Origin: an uncultured Chloroflexia bacterium | Lineage (GTDB): Bacteria > Chloroflexota > Limnocylindria > Limnocylindrales > CSP1-4 | DNA: 64,000 nt | Reading direction: 5' to 3' | Assembly: GCA_963810285.1 (NCBI GenBank) | Contig: CAWEMV010000002.1 | Coordinates: forward strand, 2,869,643 to 2,933,642 | Part shown: piece by piece, positions 52,007 through 60,647 of the stretch | Layout of the letters: each line of letters starts with the position of its first letter | How positions within the stretch are numbered: the first letter of the stretch is position 1 | Position numbers and translations under genes: made by a program | Notes under the pieces: model-generated | The model's database searches: none | Seen by the model: only the letters and a program-made list of their open reading frames with translations | What the model was told of the DNA's origin: nothing

Positions 52007-53280
52007 TCAGCCCTGGTCGTACGGCTGACCGGCGGCCGCCGGACCGCGGACCCGCCCGACGACGCCGGCGACCACGATGATCGTGACGATGTACGGGACG
52101 CTGTTGAGCAGCTGCGGCGGGACGTCGACGCCGAGGATCGACAGCAACGCCTGCGTCGCGTCCGAGAAGCCGAACACCAGCGCGGCTCCGAACGCGTAGA
52201 TCGGGTGCCACGCGCCGAAGATCACCGCCGCCAGCGCGATGAACCCGCGGCCGGCGCTCATGTTCATCTGGAAGCTGCCGGCGGTCGAGAGGCTCAGGTA
52301 CGAGCCGGCCAGCCCGCCGAGCATGCCGGCGACGAGCATGGCCCGGTAGCGGATCGACAGGACGTCGATGCCGACCGTGCCCGCCGCCGACGGCTTCTCG
52401 CCCGACGCCCGCAGCCGCAGGCCCCAGCGGGTCCGGAACAGCATGTACGTCAGGAAGAACATCAGGATGATCGTCGACGTAGAGGTACGGCGTCCCGGAG
52501 AACAGGATCGGACCGAGGATCGGGATGTCCGCCAGCAGCGGGATCCTGATCGCCTCGACGGTCGGCGGCGTGTTCAGCTCGGTGTTCTGGGACAGGACAC
52601 GCAGGAACAGGAAGTTCGTGATGCCCAGGGCACCGATGTTGACGACGACGCCCGAGATGATCTGGTCGACCTTGTAGCGGATCGCCAGCCACCCGAGCAG
52701 CAGCCCGACCAGGGCGCCCGCGACGATCGCCGCGAAGATGCCGATCAGCACGTTCTGCGTGACGCTGGCCACGATCGACGCCGCGCACGCCCCGATGAGG
52801 AACTTGCCCTCGATGCGCGATGTTGAGCAGGCCGCTGCGCTCGGACAGGATGCCCGCGAACGCCCCCAGCGTGATCGGCACGGCCAGCTCGAGGCTGCCG
52901 GCGATCACGCCCGTCATGTTCGCGGCGCGACCGTCGAGCAGGTCGGCGAGGATCGCCGCGATCCAGATCGGGATGAGCAGGAGCAGGCTTCGCCGCCACG
53001 GGAAGCTGGCGCCGCGGACGAGCTGCGCGATGCCGAGGGCACCGGCCACGACGCCGGCCAACAGCCACAGGACACCGACGCTCGTCTCGATCGAGAAGGC
53101 CGTGCCGCCCTGGCGGTCGATCCAGAACGAGAACGTCGCCGGCGTGTCGAACGACTCTCGTGCCACGTTGAGGGCGAGCAGTCCGAGGGCCGCGAGGATC
53201 GCGCCGCGGATCCGCGCCGCACGCAGCGCCTCGCGCGCCGCGGTACCCATGTCGCTCGGGGAGATGACCGCGGCGGTCAT
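52007..53280 (-). pseudogene. BMP-type nucleoside/sugar ABC transporter permease (YufQ/NupQ-like), interrupted by two +1 frameshifts
   Basis: Three consecutive minus-strand ORFs in three different frames each carry one good piece of a single permease. ORF 52462..53280 is good up to ...ILSERSGLLNIA. ORF 51999..52772 is good from IEGKFLIGACAASIVASVTQNV to PILFSGTPYLYV. ORF 52007..52462 is good from IILMFFLTYMLFRTRWGLRLRASGE to the stop. Confidence 0.8.
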
Positions 53281-54479
53281 ACGCTCGCCCCTTCACGGGC
53301 CACCTGCGCCTTGGGTTCCGGGACCCGGTAGATCGAGCGAACGAGGCCCGGCGCGGCCACGAACATGATGACGAGGGCCTGGATGAAGAACAGCAGGTCG
53401 AGCGGGATGCCGGTCTGGACCTGCATCAGCCCGCCGCCAGTCCGCAGCGCGCCGAACAGGAGCGCTGCGACCACGATGCCCAGCGGACGGTTGCCGGCCA
53501 GCAGGGCCAGCGCGATCGCGTTGAACCCGAAGCCGGAGCTGATGTCGTTCGACATCTGGGGGACGGTACCGAGGACCTCCATCGAGCCACCCAGTGCGGC
53601 CAGCCCGCCGGAGATCGTCATCGCGAGGATGATCGAGCCCTTGGCGCTGATGCCCGCGTAGCGCGCCGCGGTCAGGTTGTAGCCGGCTGCGCGGAGCTCG
53701 AAGCCCTTCGTCGTCTTGAACAGGAACCACGACACGACGGCGGCCGTGATGAGCGCGAGCACGAAGCCGTAATGAAGCCGGATCGATGGCAACCCGAACG
53801 GGTCGAAGATGCCCGGCACACGGCCGATCTCGGTGAGGACCTTCGAGATCGGCTGCGAGCTGCCCTCCTGGCGCAGGAAGTCGGAGCGCAACCCGAACAG
53901 CACTACCTGCGCGGCGACGTAGTTGAGCATGATCGTCGTGATGACCTCATGTGCCCCGGTCTGGGCCTTCAGGAAGCCCGGGATGAAGCCCCAGAAGGCG
54001 CCGGTCAGCACGCCCGCGATGGTCGCGCCGATGATCGGGATCGGCGCCGGCAGGTCCTGCAGGAGGAGCAGCGCGGTCGTCGCCCCGAACGCCCCGAGGA
54101 TGAACTGCCCCTCCACGCCGATGTTGAACACGCTGGTCCGGAAGGCGACGGCGACGGCGAGGCCGGTGAAGATCAGTGGGGTGGCCGCGACGAGCGTCTC
54201 GGTGAGCGGCCGGATAGCCGCCGCGACCTGGCGCGGCTGGCCGCCCTGGATGGCGGCCGCGATGCGCGCCGGGTCGCCGAACGCCCCGGCCAGCAGTGAC
54301 TGGTAGGCCGCGATGATGCCGCCGGCCGCGGACCCGATGGCGCCGAGGGGGTCGGTGCCCAGGCGTTGCAGGTTCTCGAAGTCGGTGATCAGGATGAAGA
54401 TCGATCCGACGATGAAGGCCGTGAGGATGGCCAGCGCCGGGACGAGCGCCGGACCGAGGATCCTGCGCAGGCGGCTCAC
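53277..54479 (-). CDS. BMP-type ABC transporter permease (YufP/NupP-like)
   Basis: About 10 TM segments. FRTSVFNIGVEGQFILGAF is the motif equivalent to the one disrupted in the neighbouring gene. It has 4-nt overlaps with both neighbours. Confidence 0.85.
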   Translation of the reverse strand: MSRLRRILGPALVPALAILTAFIVGSIFILITDFENLQRLGTDPLGAIGSAAGGIIAAYQSLLAGAFGDPARIAAAIQGGQPRQVAAAIRPLTETLVAATPLIFTGLAVAVAFRTSVFNIGVEGQFILGAFGATTALLLLQDLPAPIPIIGATIAGVLTGAFWGFIPGFLKAQTGAHEVITTIMLNYVAAQVVLFGLRSDFLRQEGSSQPISKVLTEIGRVPGIFDPFGLPSIRLHYGFVLALITAAVVSWFLFKTTKGFELRAAGYNLTAARYAGISAKGSIILAMTISGGLAALGGSMEVLGTVPQMSNDISSGFGFNAIALALLAGNRPLGIVVAALLFGALRTGGGLMQVQTGIPLDLLFFIQALVIMFVAAPGLVRSIYRVPEPKAQVAREGASV

Positions 54480-55981
54480 TGTGCGCCTCCCATCAGCATG
54501 CCGACGTTCTCGAACGTCGCCTCGTCGCCCTCGAGGATGCCGACGATCCTGCCGCCGAACATGACGGCGACGCGATCGCCGACCGCGAGCACCTCCTCCA
54601 ACTCGGTGCTCACGATGAGGATGGCGGCGCCCGCGTCGCGCTGCTCGACGATCCGCTTGTGGATGTACTCGATCGAGCCCACGTCGAGACCACGCGTCGG
54701 TTGCGCGGCGATGACGAGCTTGACCGGTCGCGAGAACTCGCGGGCGACGACGACCTTCTGCTGGTTGCCGCCCGACAGCGATCCGGCGAGCGTGTGGATC
54801 GACGGCGTCCTGATGTCGAAGTCGCGCACGCCGTCCTTCGCCCCCTGGCGGATGGCCTCGAGGTCGAGCCGGACGCCCTTGCTGTAGGGCGCGCGATGGT
54901 ACGAGTCGAGGATGTAGTTCTCGGACACCGTCATGTAGTTGATGAGGCCATCTCGCCCCCGGTCCTCCGGGATATGGGCGACCCCGATGTCGGAGACGTG
55001 CCGCGGCGAGGCCTTCACGATGTCGGCCCCGTTGACGGTCATGACGCCGGAGTCGGTCGTGCGCAGGCCGACGATGGCCTCGACGAGCTCGGTCTGGCCG
55101 TTGCCCTGGACGCCGGCGATCGCGACGATCTCGCCGGCCCGCACGTCGAGCGAGACGCCCTGCACCGCGACGTGGTCGCGATCGTCGCGCACGACGACGT
55201 CCTCGAGGTGGAGCACGACGTCGGCCGGCGTGGCCGGTCCCTTCTGCACGCGCAGCTCGACGTCACGCCCGACCATCAGGTTGGCGAGCTGCTCGCGCGT
55301 CGTCGACCCGGGTTCGACGGTGCCGGCGACCCGGCCGCGACGCAGCACGGTGATCCGGTCGGCGACCTCGAGCACCTCGTTGAGCTTGTGGGTGATGAAG
55401 ATGACCGTGGTGCCGTCCGCGGCGAGACCGCGGATGATGCCGAACAGCTCCTCGGTCTCCGCCGGCGTCAGGACGGCTGATGGCTCGTCCAGGACGAGGA
55501 TGTCGCTCTGGCGGTACAGCGCCTTGAGGATCTCGACGCGCTGCCGGACGCCGACCGGCAGGTCCTCGATGTCCGCGTCCGGATCGACGTGCAGGCTGTA
55601 CTGCTCGGACAGCTCGAGGAGCCGCTTGCGGGCGGCCGACCGATCGAACGTGCCCAGCGGACCGGCCACGCTCTCGGCGCCGAGCGCCACGGCCGAGACC
55701 ACGTCGAAGACCGGGACGAGCTGGAAGTGCTGGTGGACCATGCCGATGCCGGCGTCGATCGCCTCTGCCGGATCGTCGAACTGGCGGGCCGTCCCGTCGA
55801 TGAGGATCTCACCCGAGTCGGGCCGGTAGAGGCCCGACAGGATGTTCATCAGGGTCGTCTTGCCCGCGCCGTTCTCCCCGAGGAGTCCGAGGACCTCGCC
55901 CTTGTCGGCCGAGATCGAGATCTTGTCGTTCGCGAGGACGCCCGGGAACTGCTTGGTGATGTCCCTGAGTTCGAGACGCAT
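54476..55981 (-). CDS. ABC transporter ATP-binding protein (duplicated ATPase, sugar/nucleoside type)
   Basis: GLLGENGAGKTTLMNIL, VLDEPSAVLTP, LSGGNQQKVVVAREF. 501 aa. Confidence 0.9.
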   Translation of the reverse strand: MRLELRDITKQFPGVLANDKISISADKGEVLGLLGENGAGKTTLMNILSGLYRPDSGEILIDGTARQFDDPAEAIDAGIGMVHQHFQLVPVFDVVSAVALGAESVAGPLGTFDRSAARKRLLELSEQYSLHVDPDADIEDLPVGVRQRVEILKALYRQSDILVLDEPSAVLTPAETEELFGIIRGLAADGTTVIFITHKLNEVLEVADRITVLRRGRVAGTVEPGSTTREQLANLMVGRDVELRVQKGPATPADVVLHLEDVVVRDDRDHVAVQGVSLDVRAGEIVAIAGVQGNGQTELVEAIVGLRTTDSGVMTVNGADIVKASPRHVSDIGVAHIPEDRGRDGLINYMTVSENYILDSYHRAPYSKGVRLDLEAIRQGAKDGVRDFDIRTPSIHTLAGSLSGGNQQKVVVAREFSRPVKLVIAAQPTRGLDVGSIEYIHKRIVEQRDAGAAILIVSTELEEVLAVGDRVAVMFGGRIVGILEGDEATFENVGMLMGGAQ

Positions 55982-56006
55982 ACGGCGATCGAGCCTCGAA
56001 TACCGA

Positions 56007-56039
56007 GCCGCCCGCCCTCGAGGATCGAGAGCGGGCGGC
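56007..56039 (-). terminator. Intra-operon stem-loop between the binding-protein gene and the ATPase gene (attenuator or mRNA stabiliser)
   Basis: GCCGCCCGC-c-CTCGA-gga-TCGAG-a-GCGGGCGGC gives 9 + 5 bp. It lies 30 nt after the SBP stop and 25 nt before the ATPase start. Confidence 0.45.
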
Positions 56040-56069
56040 CGTCGGATGGACTGACGGTCAGGCCGTCGA

Positions 56070-57218
56070 TTACTTCAGGTAGTCGGCCACCTTGACCGAC
56101 CCGTCGGCGATGGCCGCCGACAGGGCATCGATCTCGGACTTCAGCTCGGCCGAGATCTGGCTATCGAACTCGTGGAACGCCGAGAGGCGGACGCCCTTGT
56201 TCTCGAGGGTGCCGATGTAGCTCTCGCCGCCGGTGTCGCCACCGGAGTTCTTGTTGAAGGTGTCGAGCACCGCGACGTCGATGACCTTCTCGGCCGACGT
56301 CAGGATCGCGCCCGCGTACTCGGCCAGCGAGATCGCCTGGTCGGTGTCGACCCCGATGCCCCACTTGCCGGCCGCCAGCATCGCCTTGAGGGTGCCGTTG
56401 CCGGTCGCGCCGGACACCGGGTGGACGATGTCGACGCCCTGGTCGAGGAACGTCTTCGCCAGCTGCTCACCCTTGGCGGGGTCGCCCCACGGGTTGTCGC
56501 CCCCGACGAAGGTGCCGGTCTGCGTCGCCGCGTTCCAGCCGAGCAGCTCGACGTTGGTGCCCTTCTGCTCGTTGTGGTACTTGATGCCGGCGTACAGCCC
56601 GTCCATGAAGCGGGTCACGCCGGGGAACTGCTGTCCGCCGTACGTGCCGATCTTGCCGGACTTGCTGAAGCCCGCGGCCAGGTAGCCGGCGAGCATCGCC
56701 GCCTCATCGATCTGGAAGTCCAGGCCGGTGAAGTTGGCCGGGGTCGGGCCGTTCGTCGTCTCGTCCCAGACGGCGTCGACCTGCGCGAAGCTGACCTCGG
56801 GGTTGTTCTTGGTCGCGTCGATCGTCGCCTGCGCCTGGTTGAAGCCGACGGTCACGATCGACTGGCAGCCCTGGTCGATGAGGCGCTGGATGTTCGCGGC
56901 GTAGTCGGTCGCACCCTGCGCTTCCGAGAAGAAGACCGTGTACCCGGCCGCTTCCGCGTCCTCGAGGCCCTTCTTGGCCAGGTCGTTGAAACCCTTGTCG
57001 CCGAGACCGCCGGTGTCGAACGCGACACACGCGGTGTACCCGGCGCCGGAGACGGCGCTGCCGGACGGCGAGGCCCCCGCCGACTCGCTCGGTGCCTCGC
57101 TGGCGGCATCGGTCGGGGCTACGCTGGGAGCCGTCGTGGCGGCACCGCCACTGGAGCACGCGGTAAGGATGAAGGCCGCCGCCGCGCCGAGCGAAAGCAG
57201 CCGCATTGAACTGCGCAA
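56070..57218 (-). CDS. BMP-family (PnrA/TmpC-like) substrate-binding lipoprotein
   Basis: Lipobox FILTACSS. The Ser/Ala-rich tether is followed by GLGDKGFNDLA. The TTG start has a GGAGGAG SD 6 nt upstream. Confidence 0.88.
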   Translation of the reverse strand: MRSSMRLLSLGAAAAFILTACSSGGAATTAPSVAPTDAASEAPSESAGASPSGSAVSGAGYTACVAFDTGGLGDKGFNDLAKKGLEDAEAAGYTVFFSEAQGATDYAANIQRLIDQGCQSIVTVGFNQAQATIDATKNNPEVSFAQVDAVWDETTNGPTPANFTGLDFQIDEAAMLAGYLAAGFSKSGKIGTYGGQQFPGVTRFMDGLYAGIKYHNEQKGTNVELLGWNAATQTGTFVGGDNPWGDPAKGEQLAKTFLDQGVDIVHPVSGATGNGTLKAMLAAGKWGIGVDTDQAISLAEYAGAILTSAEKVIDVAVLDTFNKNSGGDTGGESYIGTLENKGVRLSAFHEFDSQISAELKSEIDALSAAIADGSVKVADYLK

Positions 57219-57335
57219 GTTTGACTCCTCCTCTACGGCCGTGGTGCGACGCTGGCGGACCGCGGCCTTTCGGTGACGGAGGATACGCTATCGCTGGTTC
57301 GGCGTCGATGATCCCTCGACGCCCCGACGGCGGAG

Positions 57336-57845
57336 GTGTCAGTGACGCCCGACGAGCGTGCCCGGACGATCGCGTACCTCGACCACGCCGAGGGTCGCGG
57401 CCCGGTCCCGACGCTCGACGACGACGGGATCGCGGCACTCCTCGTGGACACCCGCAGGATCGCGGTCATCGGCGCCTCGGACGACGCGCGCCGGCCATCG
57501 CACGACGTGTTCCGCCATCTCCGCGCGAGCGGGTTCGACTGCGCGCCCATCAACCCGAACGTCGCCACCGTCGCGGGCGTCGTGGCCCACCCGACGCTGG
57601 CGGCGGCCGTGTCGGCCACCGGCCGGTTCGACATCGTCGACGTCTTCCGACGGCCCGAGCACTGTGCGGCGCACGCGCGCGAGGCGGTCGCCGCGGGCGC
57701 GCGCTGCCTGTGGCTCCAGCTCGGCGTCGTCGACTGGGAGGCCGCCCGCATCGCGCATGATGGCGGCCTGACCGTCGTCATGGACCGATGCCTGTCGGTC
57801 GAGTGGCGCCGGCACGGCCGCGGTCGAATATCGGAGGGAGCATGA
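57336..57845 (+). CDS. CoA-binding domain protein (YccU/YneT-like)
   Basis: IAVIGASDDARRPSHDVFRHL, VDVFRRPE, WLQLG. The likely start is the GTG at 57342 (GGAGG 5 nt upstream). Confidence 0.75.
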   Translation: MSVTPDERARTIAYLDHAEGRGPVPTLDDDGIAALLVDTRRIAVIGASDDARRPSHDVFRHLRASGFDCAPINPNVATVAGVVAHPTLAAAVSATGRFDIVDVFRRPEHCAAHAREAVAAGARCLWLQLGVVDWEAARIAHDGGLTVVMDRCLSVEWRRHGRGRISEGA

Positions 57846-58627
57846 CCCAGATCCACCTGCACGCCGAGCCGGGCGACTATGCCGCCGTGACGCTGCTGCC
57901 CGGCGACCCGAATCGCGCGACCCGGATGGCCGAACGCTTCGACGGTGGGCTTGCGGCGAGCCGGCAGGTCAACGCCAACCGTGGGTTGCTCGGGTACACC
58001 GGCACGGTGGATGGGGTGCCGGTCTCGGTCCAGACCACGATGATGGGCGCACCCACGACGTCGATCGTGATGGAGGAGCTGCTGAACCTCGGCGTGACGA
58101 CGTACATCCGGGTCGGCACGTGCGGCGGCTTCGGCGTCCTCGACATCGGGGACGTGGTGGTCGCGATGGCCGCGGCGTCGTGGGCCGGCATCGGCGGCGT
58201 GCTCGGCGCCAACGAGCCGACCGCACCGACAGCCGACATCGACGTGGTCAACGCCCTCGCGGACGCCAGCCGCGAGCAGGGACTCACGACCCACGTCGGG
58301 CCGATCGTCACGAGCGACGTGTTCTACGACCCACACCCCGACGGCGTCATCCGCTGGGGCAGGCGCGGCTACCTCGCGGCCGAGATGGAGACCGCGGCGG
58401 TGTACCTGCTGGCGATGCGCGAGCGCGCCAAGGGCCGGCCGGTGCGAGCCGGGACGATCCTCACGGTGTCGGACGTGATCCGCGACCCTGGCGAGGTCGA
58501 GGGTACCCGCAAGCTTGGCGAAGAGGACTGGTTCCGGCCGCCCGAGGACGAGGTCGTCCGGCGCGTGGACCTGACGATCGGGGCCGCGTTGGCGGCGGCC
58601 GCGACGCTGGGCCGGACGGGCTCCTAG
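57842..58627 (+). CDS. deoD: Purine nucleoside phosphorylase, DeoD/PNP_UDP_1 family
   Basis: The ATG at 57842 overlaps the upstream stop (ATGA). Sequence motifs include MTQIHLHAEPGDYAAVTLLPGDPNRA, GTVDGVPVSVQTTMMGAPT and RVGTCGG. Confidence 0.85.
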   Translation: MTQIHLHAEPGDYAAVTLLPGDPNRATRMAERFDGGLAASRQVNANRGLLGYTGTVDGVPVSVQTTMMGAPTTSIVMEELLNLGVTTYIRVGTCGGFGVLDIGDVVVAMAAASWAGIGGVLGANEPTAPTADIDVVNALADASREQGLTTHVGPIVTSDVFYDPHPDGVIRWGRRGYLAAEMETAAVYLLAMRERAKGRPVRAGTILTVSDVIRDPGEVEGTRKLGEEDWFRPPEDEVVRRVDLTIGAALAAAATLGRTGS

Positions 58628-59781
58628 GCCACGAAGGACAGGCCCAGCTCGAAGTCCTCGAGCAGGTCCTCGACGTCCTCGCAGCCGACCGAGAGGCGGA
58701 TGATCCCGCCGTCCTTCGGACGCGGATAGACCAGCGTGTGGATGTCGCCGAGGCTGACGCCGATGTCGCACAGGCGGAGGTGGTCGGTGAACGCGGCCAT
58801 CCCGTCGAGCCCGCCGGCGGGCTTGAACGTCACCATCGCCCCACCGAGCTCGCCCAGCAGCCGGCGCGCGACGGCGTGGTCCGGATGCGAGGCGAGCCCC
58901 GGGTAGCGCACCCACTCCACCTTCGCGTGGCCCTCGAGGAACCCGGCGATGCGCGCCGCGTTCGCTGCCGCCGCGCGGGACCGAAGCGGCAGCGTCCGGA
59001 CGCCGCGCTGGACGAGGAAGCTGGAGAACGGGCTGGCCGCCTGGCCGAGCGTGTCGGTCTGCTTGCGGATCGGGTCGGTCAGCGCCTTGGGACCCGCGAC
59101 GACGCCCGAGACGGCGTCGCCATGACCGGACAGGTACTTGGTGGCGGCGTGCAGGACGAGGTCGGCGCCGTGCTCCAGCGGGCGCACCAGGACCGGGCCG
59201 AGGAACGTGTTGTCGGCGATGAACAGCAGCCCGTGACGCCGGGCGACCGCCGCCAGCGCGTCGAGGTCGGGGATCCGCAACCGCGGGTTGGTCGAGCACT
59301 CGACGAAGAGCGCGCGCGTGCGTGCCGTGACGGCCGCCTCCACGGCGGTGAGATCGGTGGCGTCGACCCGGGTCACGTCGATGCCGCGTCGCGGGAAGTC
59401 CTCGTCGAGCAGGACATTGGTGATCGCGAACAGCTCGTCGCCCGCGACCAGGTGGTCGCCCGTCGTCAGGTGGGCGAACAGCGTGGCCGCGACGGCGGCC
59501 ATGCCCGACGACGAGACGACCGCGTCCTCGGCACCCTCGAGCGAGGCCAGCTTCTCCTCGAGCGCCCGGTTCGTCGGGTTCCCGGTCCGCGAGTAGAAGT
59601 ACGCGCCGGGCTCCCAGGCCAGCGACCGGTCGACCGCCTCCTCCTTGTCGGCGGCGGTGTCGAACGTGAACGTGGCCGTCGCGTAGATCGGGGTGCGGTG
59701 GGCGTGGGTCGTCGGGTCGGGCCGCTCCCCCGCGTGGATCGCCCGCGTGGCGAGGCCGCGTCCCTCGGTCCGTTCCCGCAT
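58624..59781 (-). CDS. Cys/Met-metabolism PLP-dependent enzyme (cystathionine gamma-synthase / methionine gamma-lyase family)
   Basis: TRAIHAGE, and the PLP-lysine motif HAATKYLSGHGD. 385 aa. Confidence 0.85.
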   Translation of the reverse strand: MRERTEGRGLATRAIHAGERPDPTTHAHRTPIYATATFTFDTAADKEEAVDRSLAWEPGAYFYSRTGNPTNRALEEKLASLEGAEDAVVSSSGMAAVAATLFAHLTTGDHLVAGDELFAITNVLLDEDFPRRGIDVTRVDATDLTAVEAAVTARTRALFVECSTNPRLRIPDLDALAAVARRHGLLFIADNTFLGPVLVRPLEHGADLVLHAATKYLSGHGDAVSGVVAGPKALTDPIRKQTDTLGQAASPFSSFLVQRGVRTLPLRSRAAAANAARIAGFLEGHAKVEWVRYPGLASHPDHAVARRLLGELGGAMVTFKPAGGLDGMAAFTDHLRLCDIGVSLGDIHTLVYPRPKDGGIIRLSVGCEDVEDLLEDFELGLSFVA

Positions 59782-59843
59782 CGTCCCTCCCTGCCCATGC
59801 CGCGCCGCTCCGGCCCAGTCTATGGGGCGGCTAGGCTACGTCG

Positions 59844-60593
59844 ATGGACCGGACCGACTGGTGGCGTTCGCTGGACCCGGAGCGCGCGGCACTGCTGGAA
59901 CGGATCTGGATCCCGGTCGGCGCACCGGGGTTCGCCGGCGCGGCCAAGCCCGATCGACGGGAGCTCCTCGACCGCCGGTTCACGCCGGATGGCTGGCGGT
60001 TCGCTCACGTCGTCCGCGGCACCGTCGTACCGACGCAGGTCGCCATCATCGAGTACGAGGCGAGCTATCGGCGCTACCTGTGTGACCGTCCCGACCTCGT
60101 CAGGTTCCTCGTCACGACGTGCGGCAATGTCTACGACTTCGAGGTCGCGAATGTCCACGACGACGACTACGACCAGCCGCACACCACGATGAATCACTAC
60201 CAGGACATCGCCGTCCGACGCGTCGTGGCCGAGCTGGTCGACGATCCGGCCTGGCCCGACGTCAGCGAGACGCCCGCCGAGCTCGCTTCTCTCACCGACC
60301 TGGGGACCGGGAAGACGCACCGGGTCCCGAGGGCCCGCGGCTTTCGTGGCGACGGCCTGCTCCAGATCCGCGATCCGCTCTCGCCGGGGTACGTCCTGAG
60401 CCCGGCGGTCGTCCCGGTCCATGACCCCGCGCTGATCAGCAGCCTGCCCGACCGGACCGAGTGGTACCACGCCGAAGGCTGCGGGCACCTGTCGGTCGAG
60501 GCGTTCTGGCAGATGAGCAAGGTCCTCGAGGTCCGTCTGGACCGGTTCCTCGAGCTCGGAGACGGGCGGGCGGAGCCGCTCGCCGGGCTGTGA
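59844..60593 (+). CDS. Hypothetical protein (249 aa), no recognisable family
   Basis: TAGGCT lies 6 nt upstream of the ATG. The composition is protein-like. Its stop overlaps a GTG (GTGA) that opens a PfkB-like N-terminus. Confidence 0.5.
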   Translation: MDRTDWWRSLDPERAALLERIWIPVGAPGFAGAAKPDRRELLDRRFTPDGWRFAHVVRGTVVPTQVAIIEYEASYRRYLCDRPDLVRFLVTTCGNVYDFEVANVHDDDYDQPHTTMNHYQDIAVRRVVAELVDDPAWPDVSETPAELASLTDLGTGKTHRVPRARGFRGDGLLQIRDPLSPGYVLSPAVVPVHDPALISSLPDRTEWYHAEGCGHLSVEAFWQMSKVLEVRLDRFLELGDGRAEPLAGL

Positions 60594-60647
60594 GGAGCGA
60601 GCCGCCGGAGACCCTGCTCCTGGGCGCGCTCAGCCTCGACCGGTATC

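Noticed and set aside
52470-52825. Programmed +1 ribosomal frameshifting as an explanation for the split permease (and for the sites at 60646 and 62463)
   Set aside because: There is no prfB-like slippery motif (CUU UGA C) with an upstream SD, no shared sequence context among the four sites, and no in-frame stop positioned at the shift points. Mutation or assembly error is more parsimonious.
59782-59843. A possible SAM/Met riboswitch or T-box upstream of the Cys/Met PLP enzyme gene
   Set aside because: The whole divergent gap is only 62 nt. It contains a -10 box, a ~35-nt leader and an SD, which is too short for any known SAM riboswitch class or T-box.
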